From Vicinamibacteria bacterium (lineage in GTDB: Bacteria > Acidobacteriota > Vicinamibacteria > Vicinamibacterales > JAENWD01): a DNA stretch of 49,764 bases. The position numbers and the translations under genes are program-made. Where the stretch lies: positions 1 to 49,764 of the forward strand of contig JAENWD010000289.1 of assembly GCA_016650245.1 (NCBI GenBank), read 5' to 3'. Below, piece by piece: positions 9,517-17,884 of the stretch. The number at the start of each line of letters is the position of its first letter. Position 1 is the stretch's first letter. The notes under the pieces are model-generated. The model worked only from the letters and a program-made list of their open reading frames with translations. It made no database searches and was not told the origin of the DNA.

Positions 9517-10215
9517 TTACGGCTCGGTCAGCTTGTAGCCGAACTGCTTCACGGTGATCAGGCCTTCGGCCAGCAGCGGCAGTTTCTCGCGCAGCCGTCG
9601 TACGTGCACGTCCACAGTGCGCGTGCCTCCGGTATACGAGTAGCCCCACACGTCCGAGAGCAGGAGATCGCGCGACAGCACGCGCCCCCGGTGCTCCAGC
9701 AGGTACTGCAGCAGCAGGAACTCCTTGGCCGTCAGCCGCACCTCGCCCCCGTCTAACGACACGGTATGCCGATCGACGTCGACGGTGAGCGGGCCGAAGC
9801 GCAGCAGGCCCGGCGGGCTGGCGCGGTGCGCGCGGCGCAGCAGCGCGCGCACGCGCGCGACCACTTCGTTTGGGCTGAATGGCTTGGTGATGTAGTCGTC
9901 AGCGCCCAACTCGAGCCCGACGATGCGGTCCGACTCCTCCGCGCGGGCAGTCAGCATGATGATCGGCACCGCCGCCGTGCGTGGATCACCGCGCAAGGTG
10001 CGGCACACCTCGAGGCCATCAAGGCCGGGCAACATCAGGTCGAGCAGCACCAGATCGGGCAGCGACCGGCGCACCGCGGGCAGCACCTCGGCGCCGGACC
10101 GCAGCAGGTCCACGGCAAACCCGGCCCGGCCCAGGCTATGGCTGAGCAGGTGTGCGATATCGTGGTCGTCTTCGACCACCAGAAGACGCGGTGGGGGGGC
10201 GGACGAAGCGGGCAT
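9517..10215 (-). CDS. phoB: PhoB-like OmpR-family response regulator
   Basis: The receiver domain (LLVVEDDHDI...DLVLLDLMLPGLDG) and MLTARAEESDRIVGLELGADDYITKPFSPNEVVARV are nearly colinear with E. coli PhoB as I recall it. The winged-helix C-terminus carries TRTVDVHVRRLREKL. ATG at 10215 is the likely start (track 10251). Confidence 0.8.
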   Translation of the reverse strand: MPASSAPPPRLLVVEDDHDIAHLLSHSLGRAGFAVDLLRSGAEVLPAVRRSLPDLVLLDLMLPGLDGLEVCRTLRGDPRTAAVPIIMLTARAEESDRIVGLELGADDYITKPFSPNEVVARVRALLRRAHRASPPGLLRFGPLTVDVDRHTVSLDGGEVRLTAKEFLLLQYLLEHRGRVLSRDLLLSDVWGYSYTGGTRTVDVHVRRLREKLPLLAEGLITVKQFGYKLTEP

Positions 10216-10422
10216 GAGCGCCGGCAGCAGTATACGTTGCTGACGCGGCACGGCAGCGGGATGTCGTTTTTACCGTCCTCTCCACATCGCAGCGCTGAGC
10301 CGAGCGCAGAGGACACCTTTCCTGGCGGCAGCATGAATGCCGGGGAATTATGCGGTGCGGTGCTTTGGCATCGATGTTGATGGATAGGCAGGGCAGAAGC
10401 TCCCCACTTCGTGGAGGTTGCC

Positions 10423-10872
10423 ATGCGAACGACTGTAGCTGCCATCGCAGGAGCCCTGCTGGCGACGTTGGGACTGGCCGTCGTGCAGACACGGACCAGC
10501 ATGCCGGTGCAAACCCCTGGTGCGATGTCGGCCGCGTGGCCCGGCCTGACTGGCGCGCAACCCGTGGGCCTTTCCACCGCTGGATTGGCGACTGCCGTTC
10601 AGATGGGCGCCCAGCCGCTCGCCGCCGGTGACATCGTCGAGTACCGGCCCAGAGCGCAGGCTGTGCGCTACGTGCAGGACGAGCCCGTACGTCGAGCCGT
10701 GGCACGCACCGCGCCCAGGCGTTCGTGGCAGAAGACGGCGCTCGTGATCGGCGGATCGGCAGGCGCCGGCGCGGGAATCGGCGCGCTGGCCGGCGGCAAG
10801 AAGGGCGCGCTCATCGGCGCCGCCATCGGCGGCGGCGCGGGTTCGATCTTCGAGGCGTTCAAGCGGCGGTGA
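10423..10872 (+). CDS. Secreted/membrane glycine-zipper protein
   Basis: ATG at 10423 lies 5 nt after GGAGG. It has a signal peptide (MRTTVAAIAGALLATLGLAVVQ) and a C-terminal Gly-zipper (LVIGGSAGAGAGIGALAGGKKGALIGAAIGGGAGSIF). Confidence 0.6.
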   Translation: MRTTVAAIAGALLATLGLAVVQTRTSMPVQTPGAMSAAWPGLTGAQPVGLSTAGLATAVQMGAQPLAAGDIVEYRPRAQAVRYVQDEPVRRAVARTAPRRSWQKTALVIGGSAGAGAGIGALAGGKKGALIGAAIGGGAGSIFEAFKRR

Positions 10873-11542
10873 CCCAGTACACGCCCAACGCGATCGAGGC
10901 GACCGCCGTCACCATCGCCGCACCACGGCCGACGGCGGCCGCCATCACCTGTGAGCCGAGCACGCGCGACAGCATGATCCCGAACAGCGACATCGCCAGC
11001 AGGATGCCCGCCGCGAAGACGCCCACCAGATAGAGCAGCGTCAGCAGCGACGCGGTGGCGACGTCTGGGGACAACTCAGGCCCGAGCAGGGTCAGGGCGC
11101 GAAGGCCGCTGACGGCAAACACGGCGCCCAGCAGGCCCGCGCGGCGCGAGTGTGCAGGTGGCGACGGATGGCGGTCGCGCCGGCCGAAATGCACGTGCCA
11201 GTGGCGCCACCCCGCGCGGTGCGTGTGGCCGTACAGCCGCTCGGCGGCCACGACCCACAATGTGAAGGCGCCCATCAGAATCAACAGCACGCCGCCGACA
11301 ATCTCCCCGGCCCGCTCGACCAGGGCCGGGATCTGCCAGCCCAGCACAAGGACGGCGCCGGCGCCCACCAACAGGACCAACGCGTGGCCGAGGGCAAAAC
11401 GGATCGCGACGCGAATCGGCTCGCGTCGCCCGGCGCCGGGCGAGCCGTCGGTGTTGACGGCGAGCGCCGCGATGGCCATGAGGTGGTCGGCGCCCAGGCC
11501 GTGGAGGAAGCCAAGCGAGAGCGCCGTGGCGGTAAGAATCAC
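10859..11542 (-). CDS. Putative nickel/cobalt permease (NiCoT/UreH-like, 6 TM) with His-rich loop
   Basis: 227 aa with a GTG start. The N-terminal GFLHGLGADHLMAIAAL resembles the HX4DH signature of NiCoT/UreH permeases. The central loop YGHTHRAGWRHWHVHFGRRDRHPSPPAH is His-rich. Confidence 0.5.
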   Translation of the reverse strand: MILTATALSLGFLHGLGADHLMAIAALAVNTDGSPGAGRREPIRVAIRFALGHALVLLVGAGAVLVLGWQIPALVERAGEIVGGVLLILMGAFTLWVVAAERLYGHTHRAGWRHWHVHFGRRDRHPSPPAHSRRAGLLGAVFAVSGLRALTLLGPELSPDVATASLLTLLYLVGVFAAGILLAMSLFGIMLSRVLGSQVMAAAVGRGAAMVTAVASIALGVYWVTAA

Positions 11543-11560
11543 CTGGCGATCGTAACAGAC

Positions 11561-13219
11561 CTAGCGGTCGACTCCGACAAGCGCCCACCCAGTGCCCGCG
11601 CGGCGGAACACGACGGTGGTGGGGGTGGCCCAGCCGGTGTGCGTGGGGTGATCGCCAGTCAGCGTGGCCTGGACGAAGTCGCCCGAAAGCGCCTCGCGTG
11701 GGGCGGTGGCGCGCGTCTCGGTGACGACCTGCGGCTCCCCGACGGGCGTTGCGGTGCCGGTGGCGTTGTCAAATCGTGCCCAGGCAACCTTGTAGCCGCG
11801 GCCCGCCGTCGCCGTCCTGGTCTCGACGGCGATATTACGAAACGTCAGCGCGCCCTCTGCAGTCAGGTCGAAGTCGTCCACGGGCAACACGACGTTCAGC
11901 CAGAGTTGGCCGATCTTGTCGCGACGCGTGATGAGGGTCTGCGCCATGTACGCCGTGGCTTCCGGATCTGAGAATTCAGCCGTCCGGCTGACCTCGAGGA
12001 TCGCCTCGTCGGAGAAGGCCATCACGCCGCGGGCACCCCATAACAAATCGTCGGGCCCTGTGTTGTCGAAGGCCGGATTTGGATATTCCGGCTTCCAGCG
12101 CTCGGGACGGAAGTAGTTGGCCTCGAAGCGCCCGACGGCCGGCAGGTCCGGGTAGTGCACTTTCAGCCACGGCCGCACGTAGAAACCCAGCGTGATCATC
12201 GAGATCAGCGTCGGCCGCGCTTCCCAGATGTACTCGTTGCCGGCGCGTGTCCCCTGGGCGCGGGTGCTGCCGCTGCCCAGCGTCGAACCGAAGTCGATCA
12301 GGTAATGCCGGACGATCTTGCGGGGGCCGGCGTCCTGCAGGAAATCGCGCGTGTTGATGGCGCGGCTGTCGTCGTGATTCAGCCAGGCGCCGAACACGCG
12401 CATCGCGCGCAGCTCGCGGCGATGCTCGTGTGGATGGATGTCGTTAGGATCATCGGGTCGCGTCCCGTAGTACCTGAACGGGCCGATGTCCTTGCCTGTG
12501 ATGCCCTTGCTGGCGACCACCCGATAACTGCCGTCGGCATGGCGCGCCGCCTTGAGCAGCAGCGCGTCGACATCGGCCTCGGTCATCGCCCGGGTGCGGC
12601 CGTGCTCGTCGTCCAGCATCGTGTTGGGCGCGATGCGCAAGTCGTCGCGGCGCAACGACGCCAGGTAGTTCTCCGGCACATTGAACCCCAGTGCCCAGAA
12701 CAGCCGCGTCGAGATCACTTCGGCGCCGGTGGCCATCTCGGGGTTCGACGGCGGGTCGAACTTCACGAAGTAGAGCGTGCCCGTGCTGTCGCGCACGGTC
12801 ATGCCGGGCGAGATGCCTTCGCTCTTGGCGTCGACGATCGTCCAGATGCCGGATTGCGGCGGCTGACCGCGATAGGGACCGCGAATGACGTCCTCCACCG
12901 ACAGCACTTCGGCGGTGCCCAGACGCTGGGTGTACCAGCTCGAGTTGGGGACATGGTCGATCGTGTTGAGGTTGACAGCGCGCTGGTCTTTCTGTTCGCC
13001 CGCATTGAGGAAGCTGTTCTCGAGGAAGTCGTACTGGTCGCTGAGGTCGATCTCTTTCACACCCGAGGCGTCCTGGGTCTCCGGGTCTTCGTGCAGCGGG
13101 TCGTCGTCGTAGAAGCGCGGGGCCACGCCGTCTACGGCCGACACCGACGCGGTCAGCAGAGCCGCGCCAAGGAGTGCACCGAGACGCCAGGGTCGGAGAG
13201 TCACGTCAGAACGCTCCAC
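11561..13219 (-). CDS. Secreted hypothetical protein with protein-kinase-like catalytic motifs
   Basis: 552 aa with a signal-peptide-like N-terminus (RPWRLGALLGAALLTASVSAV). Kinase-like motifs occur in the canonical order: LYFVKF (Lys153), GAEVISTRLF (Glu167), NHDDSRAIN (HxDxxxxN, 282-289) and LIDFGSTLG (DFG, 309-311). The track start 13219 is GTG; an alternative GTG at 13204 lies 9 nt after GGAG. Confidence 0.55.
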   Translation of the reverse strand: MERSDVTLRPWRLGALLGAALLTASVSAVDGVAPRFYDDDPLHEDPETQDASGVKEIDLSDQYDFLENSFLNAGEQKDQRAVNLNTIDHVPNSSWYTQRLGTAEVLSVEDVIRGPYRGQPPQSGIWTIVDAKSEGISPGMTVRDSTGTLYFVKFDPPSNPEMATGAEVISTRLFWALGFNVPENYLASLRRDDLRIAPNTMLDDEHGRTRAMTEADVDALLLKAARHADGSYRVVASKGITGKDIGPFRYYGTRPDDPNDIHPHEHRRELRAMRVFGAWLNHDDSRAINTRDFLQDAGPRKIVRHYLIDFGSTLGSGSTRAQGTRAGNEYIWEARPTLISMITLGFYVRPWLKVHYPDLPAVGRFEANYFRPERWKPEYPNPAFDNTGPDDLLWGARGVMAFSDEAILEVSRTAEFSDPEATAYMAQTLITRRDKIGQLWLNVVLPVDDFDLTAEGALTFRNIAVETRTATAGRGYKVAWARFDNATGTATPVGEPQVVTETRATAPREALSGDFVQATLTGDHPTHTGWATPTTVVFRRAGTGWALVGVDR

Positions 13220-14501
13220 TGAAGGAGGTGTTGAACCGCACGCCCTCCTGCCGGCTGCGGGCGATGTCGAATCGCAGGAACACGCTCCTGAAGGTGTTGA
13301 ACCGGAAACCGAGGCCGTAGTCGTTCTTCAGGTGCTTGAAGTCGATCTCGTCCCAGGTGGGCGCGACGTTGCCCCAATCACCGAACAGCGCCATGTCGAG
13401 GCCCGAGAAAGCCTCCCAGCGATACTCGGCGTTGAGCAGGAAGGCGCTGGCGTCGCGGTAGCGGAACTCGCTGAACCCTCGCAGCGTCGTCGAACCTCCC
13501 AGCGTGGGCATGGCAAAAAACGGCACCGTGTTGCCCGAGGGGCTGTCGAGCGAGTACGCGATCGCCCGCGCGATGATGACGCGCTTCTTGTCGAAGATCG
13601 GAAACGCGTGCAGCGCCTCCGCGCGCAGCTCGTTGAAGCTGTAGCCGAAGTCCTGCCGGTCGCGCCAGACGTCGTAGCTGACGCGGAAGTGGCCTCCGCT
13701 CTTCACATTGGCCCGCTGGTCGCGATAGTCGATATCGACAAACGCGCCCGACCACCAATAATCGGGCTGCCGCGTCAGGCCGGGGGCCGTGGCTTCCGTG
13801 AAGCGCTCGTCGATGGGCGGAAGGCCCGGATACTTGCCCTCGTCGACCCGCTCGGTGCGGAACGCCGTCAACGCGCCGAGCCTGAACCACCGCGTGGGCT
13901 TGTAGGCGGCGTCGCCGCGCACTTCCCACCCCTCTCTGAGGAAGGTGGAGCTGGCCTCCTTCTCGACGTCCGGGCCCAGCCCGTAGTACCGCTCGCGCGG
14001 CCAGTAGCGCAGGTAGCCATGACCGCCAAGCTCGACCTTACCGCCGGCGATCTTCGGGAAGGTCAGCTCGCTCGTCATGAACCAGTAGTTGCGGAACGAC
14101 CCGACGAACCAGGTGTGGAACAGCGCCTGCTCGCCAAACAGCCAGTTCTTGTATCCAGGGCCCATGCCGAGGCCGCCGCCTTTGGTGAGGCCACCGAAGT
14201 GGAAATACCAGCCCTCGTACGGCTTGAACAGCCTCGTGGTGAACCGCGAGTCCTCCATCCAGAGGAGCCCGGATTCGAGCTTTCCGGGTGCGTATGGCGC
14301 CAGTGCCTTCGCCTTCTCGGCGCGCTGGACCTCGAGTGCTTCGCGCCGCGAGGTCTGCGCCGAGCCGGGCGCGGCGGCCGAGACCACCAGGATCAAGGCG
14401 ATCATCAGGCGCCAGACGGCGGCCTGGGGTCGAGCGTCGTGCGAGCCATGCATACGAGACTTGGCACGGTACGTCTGCCGCCGATCAATGTCAAACGTCA
14501 C
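13206..14501 (-). CDS. Omp85/BamA-TamA-family outer-membrane beta-barrel without recognisable POTRA domains
   Basis: It has a signal peptide (WRLMIALILVVSAAAPGSAQ) and a Bac_surface_Ag-like C-terminal half (PTLGGSTTLRGFSEFRYRDASAFLLNAEYRW...FGDWGNV...YGLGFRF). It ends ...TSFSGAF with a terminal Phe. The start is GTG 14501 (GTGA overlap with the MFS stop) or ATG 14453. Confidence 0.65.
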   Translation of the reverse strand: MTFDIDRRQTYRAKSRMHGSHDARPQAAVWRLMIALILVVSAAAPGSAQTSRREALEVQRAEKAKALAPYAPGKLESGLLWMEDSRFTTRLFKPYEGWYFHFGGLTKGGGLGMGPGYKNWLFGEQALFHTWFVGSFRNYWFMTSELTFPKIAGGKVELGGHGYLRYWPRERYYGLGPDVEKEASSTFLREGWEVRGDAAYKPTRWFRLGALTAFRTERVDEGKYPGLPPIDERFTEATAPGLTRQPDYWWSGAFVDIDYRDQRANVKSGGHFRVSYDVWRDRQDFGYSFNELRAEALHAFPIFDKKRVIIARAIAYSLDSPSGNTVPFFAMPTLGGSTTLRGFSEFRYRDASAFLLNAEYRWEAFSGLDMALFGDWGNVAPTWDEIDFKHLKNDYGLGFRFNTFRSVFLRFDIARSRQEGVRFNTSFSGAF

Positions 14502-15823
14502 GCGTCGGCAGGCACGTCACGCCGGAGGAGAAACCACAACGCGACCACCGACAGCAGCACGCCGTTGATCGCGATGGCGGCAGGGGCGCCGATGCGGTCG
14601 ATGACCAGGCCGGTCACCAGACTGCCAAGCGGCATCCCGCCGCGGAACGCCATCATGTAGATGCTCATCACGCGGCCCCGCATCTGGTTGGGCGCGGTGA
14701 GCTGCACCAGCGACGTGAACAGGGAGAACACCACCATCAACGCCGCGCCGGCCACGGCCAGCAGCGCGTAGCTGATCCAGAGCGCGCGCGTGTAGGCAAA
14801 CGCGACCGTCAGCGCTCCAAACAGCACCTGCCCCGAGAGCGCCGTGACGCCCATGCGGCTGAAGCGTCCCATCCAGGCCACCGCCAGCGCGCCGGCCACC
14901 GCGCCGACGCCCGACCATGCCATCATCTGGCTGTACTGGCCGACGCCTCCGTGAAAGACGCTGCGCGCAAATACCGGAAGGAAGGTCAGCAGCGGCACGC
15001 CGAGAAACGTCGAGGCCAGCGCGAGTACGGTGAGCGTGCGAATCGCCGGCTCGTCACGCACGTACACCAGTCCGGTTCGCAGCTCGTCGAGCATGCGTCG
15101 CTGGCCCACCGGCGCGACGTGCGGCGTGTTCAGCGACAGCAGCGCCGCGATCACGACGAGAAACGACAGGCCGTTGACCGTGAAGCACGACGCGCTTCCC
15201 AGCGAGTGCAGCGTCACCCCGGCAAGCAGCGGTCCGATCACGCGCGCGATGTTGAACTGGATCGAGTTGAGCGCGACGGCGTTGGGCAGGTGGTCCTTGT
15301 GGACCAGCGACGGAATCAGCGACTGATACGCCGGGCCGCCAAAGGCCTGCGCGCACCCGGAGAGAAACGACAGCGCAAGCACGTGCCAGATCTGCACCCA
15401 GCCGCCGAAGACCAGGACCGCCAGCGCGAAAGCCGACGACATCTGCACGACCTGCGAGGCCAGCAGCAACACGCGGCGGTCGCGCCGATCGGCGACCACG
15501 CCGCCGATCAGCGTGAACAGCAGAATCGGCAGTTCGCCCAGAAACGCGTCGAGTGCGAGATAGCTGGCGGAGTTGGTCAACTCGAGGACCAGCCAGCTCT
15601 GCGCAACCTTCTGCATCCAGGTGCCGATACTCGACGTGCAGGCGCCCATCCACAGCACCCGGAAGTCGCGGTAGCCGAGCGCTGCGGCCAGCCGCTGCAC
15701 GATCGGCCCGCCAATGTTGGGGGTGACGGGGAGAGCAGGACCTGAGGCCGGCGCGGAATCCACGAGGAGCGATCTTATAAGAATTGCAGATTGCAGATTG
15801 CAGATTGACGATTGAGATGTCAC
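14498..15823 (-). CDS. MFS transporter (EntS/MFS_3-like)
   Basis: About 12 predicted TM helices with an N-terminal YRDFRVLWMGACTSSIGTWMQ motif. The 15823 (GTG) start reads through the heptamer array and leaves only 8 nt to the divergent gene. An internal GTG at 15700 (VQRLAAALGYRDF...) is a plausible true start. Confidence 0.75.
   Translation of the reverse strand: MTSQSSICNLQSAILIRSLLVDSAPASGPALPVTPNIGGPIVQRLAAALGYRDFRVLWMGACTSSIGTWMQKVAQSWLVLELTNSASYLALDAFLGELPILLFTLIGGVVADRRDRRVLLLASQVVQMSSAFALAVLVFGGWVQIWHVLALSFLSGCAQAFGGPAYQSLIPSLVHKDHLPNAVALNSIQFNIARVIGPLLAGVTLHSLGSASCFTVNGLSFLVVIAALLSLNTPHVAPVGQRRMLDELRTGLVYVRDEPAIRTLTVLALASTFLGVPLLTFLPVFARSVFHGGVGQYSQMMAWSGVGAVAGALAVAWMGRFSRMGVTALSGQVLFGALTVAFAYTRALWISYALLAVAGAALMVVFSLFTSLVQLTAPNQMRGRVMSIYMMAFRGGMPLGSLVTGLVIDRIGAPAAIAINGVLLSVVALWFLLRRDVPADA
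15783..15817. repeat. Heptamer tandem array (ATTGCAG x3, ATTGACG, ATTGAGA), family A in reverse orientation
   Basis: Read directly. It lies in the divergent region between the MFS gene and the heparinase-like gene (ATG 15832). Confidence 0.85.
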
Positions 15824-15831
15824 GCTGATTC

Positions 15832-17712
15832 ATGTCACGTCGATTCGTGTTCCTGGCGGTCCTGACTGGTTCCCTGGCTGTCGCTCTGGTGTCGGCGCAA
15901 CCACCCACGTCCCCTCCGGCGCCACCGGTCACCACGGCACCACCGCCCGTCCTCGCCACATTGCGATTGGGCCATCCGCGCCTTCTCGTCCTCGATGACG
16001 ACATTCCCGGGCTGCGGCGTCAACTCGCCGACGATGTCCGCTTGCGTGGGTGGCGCGACAGGCTGCAGCAGGAGGCTGGGCGCATGCTCGACGAGCCGGT
16101 GGTGGAGCCAACGCTGGTCGGGTCGCGGCTCCTGGCGCAGAGTCGTGCGGCGCTCCACCGGATTTCGACGCTGGCCGGTCTCTACCTGATTGACGGCGAT
16201 CCGCGCAAGCTCGCGCGTGCCAAAGCCGAGATGCGGTCGGCGGCGGCCTTCACAGACTGGAACCCCTCGCACTTTCTCGACGTGGCCGAGATGACAGCGG
16301 CGATGGCGCTCGGGTACGACTGGTTGTACCCGGATCTGTCCCCCGACGAACGCGCGCAGTTTCGCGCGGCGATCATCTCCAAGGGACTCGAGCCAGGCGT
16401 TCAGGCCATCGACACGCGGGCGTTCTGGGCCGCCGAGGGACGCAACACCTGGACCGAGGTGTGTTTCGGGGGCCTGTCGCTGGGAGCCCTTGCGGTGGCC
16501 GAGCACGCGCCCGCCCTCGCGGCTTCCGTGATCACCGCCATTGGGAGCCGCCGCCTGGCGACCCACCTGCGCCGGTTTGCCCCAGATGGAGGCGATGTGG
16601 AAGGCCCCGGCTACTGGGGCTACTCGACCATGTACCTGACCTTCCTGCTGTCGGCCCTCGACACCGCGCTTGGCACGGACATGGGGCTTGGCCAGATCGA
16701 GGGCCTGGCCTCGACCGGGCAGTACAGGATGTATTCGATTGGTTCCAGCGGGAGGCAGTTCAACTACGCCGACGCCGGCGAGTGGCCCGACGCGGCCCCG
16801 CAGATGCTGTGGATGGCCCGGCGGTTCGATCGCCCGGAATATGCCGCGCACGAGCGGGCGTGGCTCGCGCGGTCCAGGGCCGCGCCGAGCATCCTCCATG
16901 TCCTGTGGAGCGCGCGGCGCCCGGCGCCCGCCGTCTCGTTGCCGGCGACCTCGGCGCGCTTCAGAGGTATCGACGTCGCAATGCTGGGTGGCGACTGGCG
17001 CGACAAGGCAGGCACGTGGGTGGCGTTGAAGGGGGGCAGCAACGCCGCCAGCCTCGGGCACCTCGACCTGGGCAGCTTCGTCCTGGACGCGCTGGGCCAG
17101 CGGTGGGCGGTCGATCTCGGACCGGACTTCTACGACCTGCCGGAGTACTTCGGCCCGCTCAGATGGACCTATTTCCGCCTGCGCACCGAGAGCCACAACA
17201 CGCTACTGGTCAACGGCGCCAACCAGGACGCGACCGCCACGGCGCCCATCGTGGCGTTCAGCGACGACTCGTATCGGGCCTTCGCAATCGCGGATCTGTC
17301 GGCTGCCTACCGACCGGCGGTCGCGCACGCGCGTCGCGGCGTCGCGCTCATCGACGGGCGTGACGTGCTCCTCCAGGACGAAATCGAGGGCGCAGGTTCG
17401 GCCGACGTCGTGTGGCAGATGGCGACACGCGCGCAGGTGACGATCTCAGGAAGCGGGGCGGTGCTTCGGCAAAACGGCCTGTCGGCGACGCTGCGGGTGA
17501 TCGAGCCGGCCGGGGCAGTGCTGCGCGCGGAACCCGCGGTGGCCCCGGCGCCCCAGATCGCCCAGCCCGACGTGGCGATCGTCCGCGTGGTGCCACCGGC
17601 CAGAGGCTCCAGCCTGCGCTTCGTGCTCTGGTTCTCCACTGGCGACCGCTCGCCCCCCGCCGTCACGCCGCTTGACGCGTGGTCCGGCCCCGAGGTGCGC
17701 GCGCCTCAATGA
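15832..17712 (+). CDS. Heparinase II/III-like (polysaccharide lyase-like) secreted protein
   Basis: It has a signal peptide (MSRRFVFLAVLTGSLAVALVSAQ) followed by a Pro-rich linker. The C-terminal segment GHLDLGSFVLDALGQRWAVDLGPDFY...RTESHNTLLVNG matches the Hepar_II_III pattern. Confidence 0.65.
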   Translation: MSRRFVFLAVLTGSLAVALVSAQPPTSPPAPPVTTAPPPVLATLRLGHPRLLVLDDDIPGLRRQLADDVRLRGWRDRLQQEAGRMLDEPVVEPTLVGSRLLAQSRAALHRISTLAGLYLIDGDPRKLARAKAEMRSAAAFTDWNPSHFLDVAEMTAAMALGYDWLYPDLSPDERAQFRAAIISKGLEPGVQAIDTRAFWAAEGRNTWTEVCFGGLSLGALAVAEHAPALAASVITAIGSRRLATHLRRFAPDGGDVEGPGYWGYSTMYLTFLLSALDTALGTDMGLGQIEGLASTGQYRMYSIGSSGRQFNYADAGEWPDAAPQMLWMARRFDRPEYAAHERAWLARSRAAPSILHVLWSARRPAPAVSLPATSARFRGIDVAMLGGDWRDKAGTWVALKGGSNAASLGHLDLGSFVLDALGQRWAVDLGPDFYDLPEYFGPLRWTYFRLRTESHNTLLVNGANQDATATAPIVAFSDDSYRAFAIADLSAAYRPAVAHARRGVALIDGRDVLLQDEIEGAGSADVVWQMATRAQVTISGSGAVLRQNGLSATLRVIEPAGAVLRAEPAVAPAPQIAQPDVAIVRVVPPARGSSLRFVLWFSTGDRSPPAVTPLDAWSGPEVRAPQ

Positions 17713-17879
17713 CACGGCGGCGTGTTGTCCCGTGAAGCCGACGCAGGCCGCTTCAGGCTCGACAGCGGCACGAAGCTCTGCGCCGTCGCCTGCCGTCGAC
17801 GGCGACCGACGACGCGCCGCACCAGAAACGCCACGGCGCCACAGACGATGAGGGCGACGGCGATCTCCTGCCACCCCAT
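17706..17879 (-). CDS. Small membrane protein downstream of feoB (FeoB-associated-like)
   Basis: 57 aa, MGWQEIAVALIVCGAVAFLVRRVVGRRRRQ..., with one TM helix followed by a basic stretch. It starts 5 nt after the feoB stop. It lacks the Cys cluster of typical FeoB-associated Cys-rich proteins (only 2 Cys). Confidence 0.4.
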   Translation of the reverse strand: MGWQEIAVALIVCGAVAFLVRRVVGRRRRQATAQSFVPLSSLKRPASASRDNTPPCH

Positions 17880-17884
17880 GGCGG

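Noticed and set aside
7751-9649. 632-aa version of the histidine kinase, and the 255-aa version of the cytochrome c ORF (44238-45005)
   Set aside because: Both extensions run into the neighbouring gene or promoter region. Internal GTG starts (9514 and 44618) give proper TM or signal-peptide N-termini.
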